Below, one piece after another: positions 40,301 to 52,270 of a stretch of DNA of 64,000 nucleotides. Under the pieces are notes generated by a model that did no database searches, was not told the DNA's origin, and saw nothing but the letters and a program-made list of their open reading frames with translations. Source of the stretch: Ascidiella aspersa (Eukaryota). The stretch is taken from contig OZ004611.1 of the NCBI GenBank assembly GCA_963924565.1, forward strand, positions 19,964,001 to 20,028,000, in the 5' to 3' direction. The first letter of the stretch is position 1; every line of letters begins with the position of its first letter. The position numbers were made by a program, and so were the translations under genes.

Positions 40301-43300
40301 TTCTGTAGTTTTATATTTGTAAAAACATACGCTTATGAAAAACGACTTATTAAATTGCCTATCCTATAGCAATATGTAAAGTATAGCCGCCATGATTTAT
40401 AATTAAATACCCAGTCAGAAATTTTAATGCGGGCCTTACTCGAACTATCATCGGTGTTAGTATGGCCCATTACCAGATTACCACAGAAACCCCATAGATA
40501 TATCCCAGCTGGGAGACCGGAAAGGTAACATCGGCCCATGTTAGATTTTCTTTGATTTCCCATACATGGCATCCCACATATGGTTCAAGCGTGAAACTAG
40601 CCTGGCCAAATATATTCCTGCTTTACACCAATTTTAAAATAGCAAGCAATCAATATTTATTGTCATTAAATTTCCGCGCACAGAAGCACAATAACAGCAC
40701 GTACAAAAATATCAAACGGTTATTCAAAAAAAAAAAAGTTAAAAACAATTGAAGAAAACGGCTTAAAAGAATAACTTAGGAATGATTAAATATAAACACA
40801 AATAGAAAAAAAGAATTATAAACATTGCTGTAATAAAAAAAACATGGATAGAACTTTTGACATCACACGAGTTACAAACCGCAAAATACTAAACAATTAA
40901 ATCATAAGTTATGGCCAATTCTTTCAGAGTTTTGACAGTTGATGGAAAGCTTAACCAAGAGGTTCGTAAACAATAAATGGCTAAATGTAACTGTTGACGG
41001 TATACTCATAAGTAAACACATATTAATGCAATTTATGCCTGAGTTTTGGTTTTCATATCCACTTGTAATTGTTTCTTGGTGGTTACAAACACAATATTGA
41101 GTGTTGAGTGAGGATATGGAACATCTGTAATAACATAATTAGTGTTAAAGTATGTGTATACATGTATATATACATATATATATTAAAATTATGTGCTAGT
41201 AAAACGTTTGAACTAACTATGTTTACAAAAGCAACAAACCAAATAAAGCCTTTTTCTTAATAAAAATAATTCATAAAACATGTAATTATAATTTAAAATT
41301 TATGTTAGTCACTTTATTTTAGAATAAATCCTTAACTTGGCAGTTTATTTTTGTTCTTTGATAGCATTCGTGTAATCTCTGCATCCCTGTGTGGATGTAG
41401 CCTGATTAACAAAATAGTGCTTGCAGGAATGCTTGTCTGTAGATGACATTTTGAAGTGGTGCCATTCAAATTCTAAACAAAAACAGTTAAATGGCCACAA
41501 TTTATATAAAATGATGTTGTAGTTGTACCCTCCAAATAATCACACAAAACACATATTTAACAATATAGCACTCGAGAAAGTATGGCAAGTGTACACACAA
41601 TTTTTTTAGTAGACCCAACCTGCACCCCAATTTGCCTATGATTCATAAGTGGGGTGAATTTTAATATGTTGTGCACTTGTGAGATCTCATCAAAACATGC
41701 CATACTTTCCAGAGTAGGTTATATTGAACCCAAAAATTCAATAAACACATTTAACACAATATATTATGTATGTAGAGACAATCATTTAAATCAAAATATT
41801 TATATAATGATATAAAACAACAAAACTTGGAATAATCCTCACAGTAACAAAAAAATAAACCATACCTTTTTGTACCTTTCATACTTTTTTCTGGCTTTCA
41901 ATTATAAAGAGTATTCCACTTTCTGAAAATAAATACATGAATACATGAAATATCTAAGGAATGTATATTTTTATATAGAAGTAAAATAATTGTTCTTGTG
42001 TAAACTGCTTCAATTATAACTTAAAACGAGGTCCTTGTAAGAATTATTTCTTCATTTTATAGGCATAGTAATAGTTTTTATGAACTTTCATTATGGATAC
42101 TTAGTATTTTTCTGTTAAAAAATCTTTAAAATCAAGTGGATTAACTCATAATTTAGCTAAAACTCATAAGATGAAACAATATAGTTTTAAGTGGTATTGG
42201 GATATTTTCTAGTTAAACATTTTAACAGACAAATTTAACATTAAAAAAAAGAAAAACAACAGACATTTTGACTTACCATATGGGGATTTGGTTTGAGATG
42301 GACTTTACATTTCTTCATCATTTTTTCTGTTCAAAGACAATGCAGCATCGAGCGTACAACCTTCCTTAGCTGCATAGTAAATTTCGTTGTCCACAAGCTA
42401 CAACTGCACTTAGTTCCATAACATTTTCACGATAAAACTTGCGCTGCTTCTTCAATGCATCCGTTTGGTAAAAGAAAACAGTTCACTTTTTTAAAAAGGT
42501 CGAACAACCCGCAACAATGGTTGTCATTGTGACGTAACGTTTCCCGCCAACAATTTTAAATTTGTTAACGGTGATTTTGAAAAGTGTTGCTGGTAATTTT
42601 AAATTTTATAACGACGAATTTTTTTTTAAGATTATAAAACATTTAAATAAATAAAAATGTTACACCTGGTAGTGGCCAAGAGCTTACACATAAATGTTAC
42701 GTTACGCTCGGTCGATTTTTATTTAAAAATCGATTTCCTGCCGGAGTCTCATTAAGAACAGTTTAGGTATCCAATATGTTTGGTATTATTAGTACAATGA
42801 CATTTTCACGCTTGATCCATAAAACACACATTGGTTATATCACATGTTTTCCAAAAAAAACTAGTTTATCCTCACCCTTTTGAGCTCATCGTAATTTGGT
42901 AAAACTTAGGAAGCTCAAAACATGGAACCCGTGATGAACAAGTAATATTAGATATTCAATTTCTTTAAAGTCATTGATGTGGGCTTAAAAAACATGCAGG
43001 AAATACCGTTGACCTATCTTCGATTTTTCCGCGGGTTATCATAGAATATCATAGAAACAGTTTACAAAAACCTCAGCAATTTTTCCACTTACAATAAAAA
43101 ACAACTTTTTTGTCGCTAAAAATCTTTCTACTTTGTTTAAAGTGAATTATTTGAGCTTAAAAACCATGCAAGAAATATCATGGGCTAATCTTCGATTTAC
43201 CCGTGGGCTATCATAGAATATCATAGATACAGCTCATAAAAATCTTAGCAATTTTTGAATTTACAACAAAAAACTAACGTTTATGTATCAAAACATGTAC

Positions 43301-46300
43301 TACACAACATCTTACACTAAATTTCGTTAAGATAAGTTATCTTAATTTATCTAAGATAGGACACTGCTAATTCGAACATGCCTAGTTTATCTAAGATAGG
43401 CCACTGCTAGTTCGAACATGCCTAGTAAGGCCCAGGGATAACTCCAAGATAATTTCTGACTGGGTAGGTCGTCTATAATCGGTAACAGCCATTTCCGTGG
43501 CAATGCTCTATTGGCAATATAACTTTTTACATGGTGCATGTTTAGAACAAATTTAATTGAGTTGTATTTTAACACACAAACTAACGCAACTGCAGTTACG
43601 CCAAATTTACTATCAAATTAACTTGAAAGTAAAAATCGAAGTCAAGCCCAAATCAGAGCTCCATATCAGGTGTCAGTCATTCTACGTTGTTGTTTGCAAC
43701 AAAGTTGAAAACAATCCAATTACAAACTCACGTCCAGTACTCCTCGCTCGGACTGATTCTTTTCGTTTGATTTGCCAGGGTCTGTACGGCGTCGACTGGC
43801 GTAAAGTTGCTTGCTGCTGTTGGATCCACAGTTGTCGTTATCGAGGTCGTTGTCACCGGGATCATAGTCGTGTTGTAAACTCCCGTGCAGTTCAGTCCCA
43901 CACAGGGTGACAAGGTTGCCTAAGCAAAATAAAACAGCGTTATCGTTTACCGACCGGTTTTCGGTAGCTTTTTCTTTTTATGATTCTATAATTTACAATT
44001 GAAGTGACTAACAATAAACGACGTCAAGTACGTTTACTTGGCTTGTTCACTTTGATTTAAACGACAAATTACAACGTAGTTGCTGTAACCAAAAAAAAAC
44101 GTTTAATAGATGACAAAGCAAAGTAGAATCAGGACCCACGAGTGTTGAGCTAATGAGAAGGTTTTTTACGCTCAAAACTGTTCAACATGTTTAATAACCA
44201 CATGTTTTGCATAATGTTTTTTGTTTGTTTGCGGTTTAACCCCACCGCTGCGTGTTTCGCGTTTCAAAATTTGATTTAAGCTTTTAATATTTTACTTCAA
44301 TTTTGTTGTGTGAGACACACAAGCCGACATCGCAAAAAGACTAGACATCTAATCTCGCATCAGATTGTCTGGTAATTGTTGCAATAACACCGCAATCCGT
44401 TGCTTGTTAAAGCTATTATCTTCACTTCCTTTCTGGCGAGAAGCGATTTGCCGTATCCATTTGTGAACAACTACCCAGCGATTTTCTTACACTTACGTTG
44501 TACTCTTCGCAAGTATACTGGTTCCAAGACTCGCCGCACTTTATGGTCCAGGGAAGCACGGATTGGAAGGACGCGAAAAGATAGAATAACGCCCAGGCAA
44601 TGATGACGTTGTAATAGACGATGACGAAAAACGACACCAGCATCATTCCCAATCCGATACCTGCAATCGCATATGCTTGGTGAAACGATAGCGGGTTCTT
44701 CTTTTAATTCAAAATTATATACTGTATAACAGATGTTTAGAAAGTCCAAAAATATATATTATATCAATTTAATTCTAAGGTTAAGAATATATTATCAACC
44801 AAAAATACGTCAAAAAGGTCGAGTTGATCGACATCATCTTGATTAAGACGTTTCGATACGAGCTTGTATTAACTGTTATTCAACCAAATTGAAATAGTTC
44901 TTAGTCACAATAACTGAAGATAATACAAGCGCGCATTGAAACGTATTAATCAAGATAATGTCGATCTGCTCGAACTTTTTGGCTTTGCAACTCCGTGCAT
45001 ATAGTGTACCCTAAAATATGCCAGTTCAGTATGACTCCCCATTTGTTTATTTTGTATTTGATGTTTCTAAAATTGGCAGCGCTTTCAGTTAACCAATACT
45101 AAGATTGTAATAGCTGATAGTTGAAGCCCTTAAATCCGGTGAAACTGTATATACTGGTTCTTCGGGTTGTGCCGAAACCTATAGACCTATAACCGTGGGA
45201 ATCAAGCTAATGACTCATTTCGTCTTTGAGTAAAACTGGTCTTTTCCGTGCGACTTCTTATTTGGTCGACTACAATTACAGACTACATCGACTGCATCGT
45301 GCTTGACGAACGGTTTGACCACATTCAACGGGCCGTAAAGCTCTTTTAGGTGGGCAAAGTCATTTCTGCTGGGCAAATTCAATTTTCGATGAGGAAGTAG
45401 CAGTAGAAGCAATAATCTGTGATTTGAGCGCTTTGAACGCTTACCTTTAAACATAGGGCTGGACCTCCAAGCCGTCATTGCACCATATCCAGAAAACTGG
45501 CCGAGGGATAGCTCGATAAAAAACAAGGGGATCCCGCAGAAAGTCAACATGATGAGATAGGGAATAAGAAAGGAGCCTATAAACGAAAACAAAATTGGTA
45601 TGACCGGATTGTTCCAACAAAAGTAGAGACATGCTAAGGGTGCCCCTAAAATAAATTAATGTTGAAAGAGCACTACAAAATACAGAGAAATTCTACGATA
45701 ATTGGCACCGCACTTAAAGATTATTTAAAGGCATTATTGATCTATGACCAGAAATCCGGCATTTCACATATGCCGCGGTAGATGTTATGCACGCTTTAAT
45801 ATCACTTTATACAGCAAGGTTAAACATTAACTGTTCTAGACCAAAGCGATCTGCTAATATTATAGGATTGCACACCATAGACACCATACAGAAGAAAAGT
45901 TAGCATTCGCAACGCAACCTACCTCCGCCATTGTCGTAGGCGAGGTACGGAAATCGCCAAACGTTCCCCAACCCGACACAATATCCGATGCAGGACAGTA
46001 AGAACTCGACCTTGTTGGCCCATTGCCCTCTCTCCTTGCGGTCTGCCGCCTCCTCCTTGTCCACATCCGAGGCTTCATTCTGTGGACATTCACATACATT
46101 TAAGATTACACTTGTTTTAAGCTGCCTTTGAATTTTGTCCAGAATGTTTTGAGTACGTGGTGCATGTGATACTATAGTATAGTCACTATAGTGCATCAAC
46201 CGGGGTGCCGCGGCGCCCTGGTGTGCATTTACTAATGCTTAAGGGCTCCGTTTAAATTTGAGAATTTTTACGAATATGATTTTTTGCTTCATTTGTAAGC

Positions 46301-49017
46301 TTCTTAATACAACTATTTGTGTTCGATTAGAGATCATTATATCAAATGTCAATTTTTAATTTGATTGTTTTGCAAAATACTCGAAAATTCGAGTCGGCTT
46401 GCCGCAAATCTATTTAATATTCTTGAGGGGCGTCATAAGCCATAAAACGTTGAAAGTCACAGCTATAGTGACACGCTAGGGTTTTTCATAGTTTGTACCT
46501 TGACCGCAGCTTTCGTTTTTTTTACCGACGTTTAAACGATTAACACAAGTGTAATACTTTTGCTGCTGTAAGTAATGTTCTTTCTAGTCCTCGTTAAATC
46601 GAACTCAATCAAAATGTTTAGCGATCCCTTAGTTTTTTAAATAGGCAAAAATGTATAGTACGCAGCGACAGTAAAAGCCCATAGGTGGCAAAGAAAATGT
46701 TTAGAGCCGATGTTTCAACTGGTGTTATGTGCAAGGTTTTAAACGATAAAATGTCTACAGTCTTTTTACTGTTTTTCCAACGAAGAGAAGCAAAACTGTT
46801 CAATGATGCCAAAAAATTTATAATAAAAATCAAGGAATGGTTTTATAGGCTAAATGTTGTTCGTTATAGTATAAAAAATTCCCTTTACTTTGACTTATGA
46901 TCAGTTTGTTTTATTTTCGAAAGTTTAAGAGACTTTACCAGTAATTTGTTTTTCATTTTATTTCTGTTTTACGTAGGGAATTAGGTATGTGATTAAGTAA
47001 GTATATTTGTATGATTTATCAAAGTTTGATGTTTTGGGCCAAAAACATTGACGTGAGTAACAGAGTCTTGGATATATAAAAGTTTTTACAGTGTCATTTA
47101 GCGCTTCCTAATGAATCATGTTTTGAATTTAGATGATTTATTATCAAACGCCAAGTACGACAGAGGTAAGGCGAATTCGAATGACACAAAAAGTACAGCG
47201 ATGTATAGCAGGAGTAAGGCAGGCATTAATACAAAATCTTTGTTTTATAAATCCCTTAATAGCCTAACCGGTGAGTTCGGTTTATCGCTTGCCTGTAAAT
47301 ACGCCGGGTAAATAAATAAACTGCGTGAGCAAGCGGCCTGCCCTAGAGGCATTCTCAGCGCTGCATTTTAAGGTGTAATTACTCGCTACGTGGTGCCGTT
47401 GACCTTTGATATGTCAAAGATGCGTGGGCGTCACCTTAAGGGGCATGATTTACTGCTTTTACACGTGGTCTTTAACGTCTGAGCTGGCTTAAGGTCGTTG
47501 CGCTTAAGTTATTTTGGGATTTGCCCAGTTAATGAACAATTTTGGAAATACCGGATCGGATCTGATAATACCTTATAGCCGTTCGCACTTCTTATACTTT
47601 TGTAAAAAGCATTCTAACTCAAAATTTCATTCCTGGCCTTGTCTATCATATAGTGATGAAAGTAAAGCGTCCAGATAAAATGCTTTTTGCATGTTTGCCT
47701 GTCGATAAAAAGTGTTCTTATTTGACCAGAAAAGTCCCTTTTACCAGAGCAGCCAAAATATCCTTAAATAAATTTACCTGAGGATTTCAGTTGCATATTG
47801 ATGCGTTACGAGAGTTTTCCTAAGGTTATTTGTTAAAGACGAACCGTTATGACGCAACTTAGTGACGTCACCTTTGAAAGTTTTCATGCCTATCGGTCAG
47901 AAATATTTTCGTCGTTCCAGTATAAAAATTGTTCGACTCCCCCAGCTATCATGGCAAATAAATTAATACACTAAGAGTGCCTTGTCAGACGTTAAAATAA
48001 AGTATTTCCATTCGAAGTCAATAATTTTGATCATGTTAATTCGTCATTTACATAGGAAAACAAATCACGAACTTCACGAAATGGTTTTGCAATGAAACAC
48101 AATGTGCCAAATATACTATTACGTATTTTACCAGAGTTGTGTAGACTGGACGAATAAAAATGAGTGTTATAAAGTTAAACACTAAATGGTAATCTTGGTG
48201 AAATATTTTTTAGGCGCAAAGAAGGATTTTAACGTTAAGATTTCACGGTAGCGTACACAAATATCGCCATAAATACTATTCAGGATACCTACCCATCTAA
48301 CGATGCCTAGTTTTGCACCTAATACAATACAGCTATACATAAAAACGATTAGCAGATGCTCACACTGATGTCCTGAGCCAATATCTTGTTTCGCAAGGAT
48401 TTGCTTATTTATTTACGTGCGTTGATCAATTTAAGCAAGAATGTACCGATAGTGGAAGCCATGGGCACAGCTAAGTGTTGTGTTAGGGCGTTGTAACGTT
48501 AGTGACGAATAATCAATTACTTAACATCTGTTTTTATTAAATTACCAACGTAACGAAAAAATTGCAAAAATTATTGCTTACTTCATAGCGTAACGTTTTC
48601 TATATAACTAACTTATGACGTCATAAATTCAACAAACAGCTTTACTATTAACGCTACGGCATTTTCTTAGCTTTAATTCTTAAAACATATTTTCTTAGCT
48701 TTAATTCTTAAAACATATTTTCTTAGCTTTAATTCTTTAAAACATATTAGACGAAATGATAAAAAAAAACTCTTGTTTAGTTATGGATTTGCTGTCTTTC
48801 TTGGGTAGAGTGGCGTTCAATTAACAAGGCTCTTCTTTTATATATAATATACTAAAACGTTACGTTTTACAGGGGCTCGTTATAAATACTGAATATACAC
48901 TAATATTTCAATTAAACCTTCATAAAACCCCTGTGCTAAAGTCATTTTATTAGCAAATTATTTTTGTTCGGGTTCTGCGTTTATACTTACAACATTTTTG
49001 CCGTTGCTTTCACTCAT
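34377..49017 (-). CDS. SLC6A7 (PROT)-like Na+/Cl--dependent amino-acid transporter, complete
   Basis: Exons 49017-48991 (MSESNGKNV, least certain), 46079-45923, 45576-45445, 44660-44497, 43919-43732, 40115-39977, 39233-39099, 39022-38919, 38563-38439, 38097-37985, 37144-37013, 36769-36670, 36394-36279, 35672-35490, 34529-34377; all GT-AG and phase-consistent. TM1 [20 protein letters not shown] and TM6 SLGISFGGL resemble PROT. Confidence 0.95.
40410..43464. mobile_element. 3.05-kb non-autonomous TIR DNA transposon (CMC/EnSpm-like CCCAG ends) in an SLC6 intron
   Basis: Perfect 14-bp TIR CCCAGTCAGAAATT (40410-40423 / 43451-43464) with TA on both sides. Both ends share subterminal motifs gggccttact and cgaacta. 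40-bp tandem repeat at 43347-43426. Confidence 0.75.
42277..42419 (-). pseudogene. FEM1B-like first-exon fragment (frameshift and stop) inside the TIR element
   Basis: ATG at 42419, then a frameshift into [30 protein letters not shown], which resembles the FEM1B N-terminus as I recall it ([22 protein letters not shown]). Ends at a G|GTAAGT donor. Confidence 0.45.
44812..45011 (+). mobile_element. Penelope-like terminal-repeat relic with inverted partial copy
   Basis: Inverted repeats 44812-44870 / 44921-44980; homologous to 24331-24600. Confidence 0.65.
44909..44950 (+). ncRNA. Minimal type I hammerhead ribozyme-like motif
   Basis: aataa-CTGAAGA-t-aatac-aagcgc-gcatt-GAAA-C-GTA-ttaat; core intact, one mismatch each in stems I and II. 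Confidence 0.6.
48661..48747. repeat. Minisatellite, 28 bp x3
   Basis: attttcttagctttaattcttaaaacat repeated three times. Confidence 0.9.
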
Positions 49018-49736
49018 TCTCTAGTTGAAGTTATCCTTTTTGCCAAGTACCCTCCTCTCGCCTGTTACCAATGAATAAAATACCTAAAAGACTCGCAGCA
49101 GTTCAATTTAAATGCCCTAGCAGCCGATTTTCTTGCGACACATACGTTAGGTCGTTAGGGCGTTTTATCTGGGTGATGACATCAATAGCCTTTTCGCCGT
49201 TTGCTTAAAATCCCCCGCGGCAAACTAAAAGCGAGAGAAAAAACCTGAGCTAAGAATAACGCAGAAGATTTTTAAATTTTACAGGCTTAGTTGCCAAAAG
49301 CCTAGTCTCTATATTCCAGTGAACCTCATGCAACAAACGGTGTAATGTAAGAACGATTTATGTACAAACTTAACATAAATGGTATACACGATCTTTGACC
49401 ATACGGTTTGACCTTTGATATAGTTGTTTGGAAGTTCAATTTCTGCTAACAAGACCTGGCCACACTATATCTTAAAATCCTAAAGGCGAAACCTACTTTT
49501 GTGAAAGAAACGCCGCATCTAATATGCATATAAAGTTTTTTCAGAAAAGGTCACAAGTGCCGTTTTTATTTATTGGACGATAGTCATGTAAGATTTTTTT
49601 TACTTTGTGTTGTGCTACGTCACAAATTTATTGACCCAAACAGATTTGCGCAAAATAAAAATAAATGGAGTTTTAACCTGCCAAAAAGTGATATACATCT
49701 GATTACTAACTTACATAGTTACATCTTATACTAGCC

Positions 49737-50162
49737 CAGGGGTTCCCAAACTGTGGGCCATGACCCAGGAGTAGGCCACAATACTATTTTCATTGGGCCT
49801 TAGAGCTATTTTTACGAAAATAGCTGTTAGCATTTTTAAAACCATGATAGTAACGAGGCCATTTTTGACTATTTGTGAACTATAGGCTACGTAAAGTCAA
49901 AATCTCACATGTTGGTTTCGCTACGCAGTTAGCACGGCAGTTTACTTTAAATTAAGTTTCTTGTCATCGAGATATTTAATTCCAATCTAAAAATGAGCCG
50001 GTACTAAAAAAGCATTATTTGGATGTTGTTAGAATTGATGTATTTATTGGGAAATTGTCCGATCATGTAGAGTTGTAGACGTAAATTGGGATTACAAAAA
50101 GGTAACGGCACATGGTGGGCCACAAACTGTTTTATGAAAAAAAATTAGTTTGGGAACCACTG
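49737..50162. mobile_element. hAT MITE
   Basis: TIRs caggggttcccaaact / agtttgggaaccactg; TACTAGCC on both flanks, with a 5-bp stutter on the right. Confidence 0.8.
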
Positions 50163-51887
50163 TACTGTACTAGCCGATCTGGTTATTGCATAATTTTAAC
50201 CATTAAACCAAGTTAATTCGGACAGTTATGATAATTTCGTAAAAATGATGTAAAAATACGATCAATTTCGATTTGGAAATGGTTAATATGTAGCGCACTT
50301 AAACAATTTAGAAGGCGTCCTGTTTCTACATAAAAGGTCTGTTTAATAGGAGATCAAATTGAAAATGCCTACAAACAACGGAAATTACTTTGGTTGGGAG
50401 TTTTACTTACAACGCGCTGACAGAGAACAATCCTAATAACTATTGTTTAAAACAGCCGTTTAATGAAATGAAAACACAAATACTTATACCTTCGGTCACA
50501 ATTTACAATGCACACGAAGCATATCTTTAACAACTTAATTATGAAATATACGTTATTACCTTGATACTTGCAGTTTTTACAGGGCATTTTGATAAGCATA
50601 AAGTCGTCATGTTTGCGTTAATATATGATTTAAATCAAACATTAATAATAATTATTGGTTCGTCAGTTTAGCATTAAAACATACTCTAAATCAGGTTGGT
50701 CCACACCAAAAAGACATCATTATATGTGACATGCAGAGCATTTAAATATTTCAAAAACTCTTTTGTTTCGCGCCCTATTGAAAATTTTAATTAAGGCTAA
50801 ACAAATAATATATCAAAATTTCTTGATAAACTCTTCAAATCGATTGGCGTTTGTATAGAATTCGTATTGGTTGCGGTCAGGGGCTTATCTATAGATGAAA
50901 AGCGTCATGCCCCACCCACTAAAAAAAATGCAAAAAAAATCGCGCTTGTCTGTTTAATGTGTTTTAGCACGTTTCGAGAAATTCGAGTCAAATATGCGAT
51001 GCGCAAAATCGCATTTTACCAAAAACGAAACAAATATATAATTTATTTTTGACTGAATTCTAAAATGTTTTTGACTCCTAGTTCACAAAAAATCAAATTT
51101 TGGATCCATTCCTGCTTGCTGTGTCGCTCCTGCTTTAACGGTGAATAATTAGCAAGGAAGATTGTTGTACCAGAAGATTTTCAGCCGTGACGCTATTGTT
51201 ATTAAAAAAGAAAGAAAGGAATCGTCTTTTCATGAGCGGATTGGGTGAATCACGATTTACACGACTAAAATGACGTCAAATACAAAAACGTTCGTTGAAG
51301 ATCGGCAAGCTTAATATTAGAAAGAATAAGTCAAATTCAAGTCAAGTCATTGGCATAAACATAAAACGTACATCTAGTAAAAATTATAAACTCGTCCGTG
51401 TATAAGCAACACTTCAACCAAAAACTAACAAAACGCAAGATATAGCAAGCAAATTGTTAGTAGTTCAAAAATTAAGATAAATAACAGAATTTGTAAAAAA
51501 AAAACTACAACAACCTTCAAAGTCCAAGTCAAGTAATTTCCGAAAACCTTAAGTCAAGCAAGACAATGTTGCTCAAAACTCTTTAATTAAATTAATTTGA
51601 AAACAGTGACTTTAGTGCACTTAAATCAAGTCATTTAAGTCAAGCCACTTAAGTCAAACATTAAGTCATTGACTTAAGTGAATTATTGTGTATAATTTTA
51701 CGCGCAAACATAAAACAAATTTACCGTGTTTATGAGGAAACAAAATATCGAAGACTATAGTTTCCTTATATGGATTTTTAAAATAATTGAAAGCACACAT
51801 ACGGATTTTCCTTTTAGCTTCCTGTTCCAGCTTAAACTTCAAGGTTCGAAATAAGTATAAAGCAGAGCCCGAAAGTTTACTAAGAAC

Positions 51888-52270
51888 CAGAGATCTACCG
51901 ATATCACTTTTTTGGACCGATACCGATACACGATTTTTTACAATTTTGTCAAACGATACCCGATACCGATACCGACTTGTTTTTATATACCTTTGAAATG
52001 TTCAAAACTTGAATTAATTAAAAATAAAATTCAACTAACGTTTCATTATATATATCTTTATTAATCCTTAACTATTATATTTTGCATATTAACTTGGTGT
52101 GATGCTTAAACCCATTTTTTTTATTACAAAATGGCTAAGTTGTTTTTTGTATAGTAAAAATGATATCATATTTTCGTACTTATAAGTATCAGCCTACATA
52201 TACCGATATATCGGTAGAAGCCAAATATTGGCCGATATTATCGGTAAACCTGTATATCGGTCTATCTCTA
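51888..52270. mobile_element. hAT-type MITE with ccgata/tatcgg subterminal repeats
   Basis: Ends cagagatctaccgatat / atatcggtctatctcta; TSD CTAAGAAC at 51880-51887 and 52271-52278. Confidence 0.85.

Noticed and set aside
41340-41922. Functional nested protein-coding gene inside the TIR element
   Set aside because: The 57-nt exon-like segment 41922-41866 has stops in all three frames, so at most it is decayed or noncoding.
48661-48747. CRISPR-like short repeats (also 28886-28950 and 43347-43426)
   Set aside because: Head-to-tail repeats with no spacers in eukaryotic DNA; these are minisatellites.
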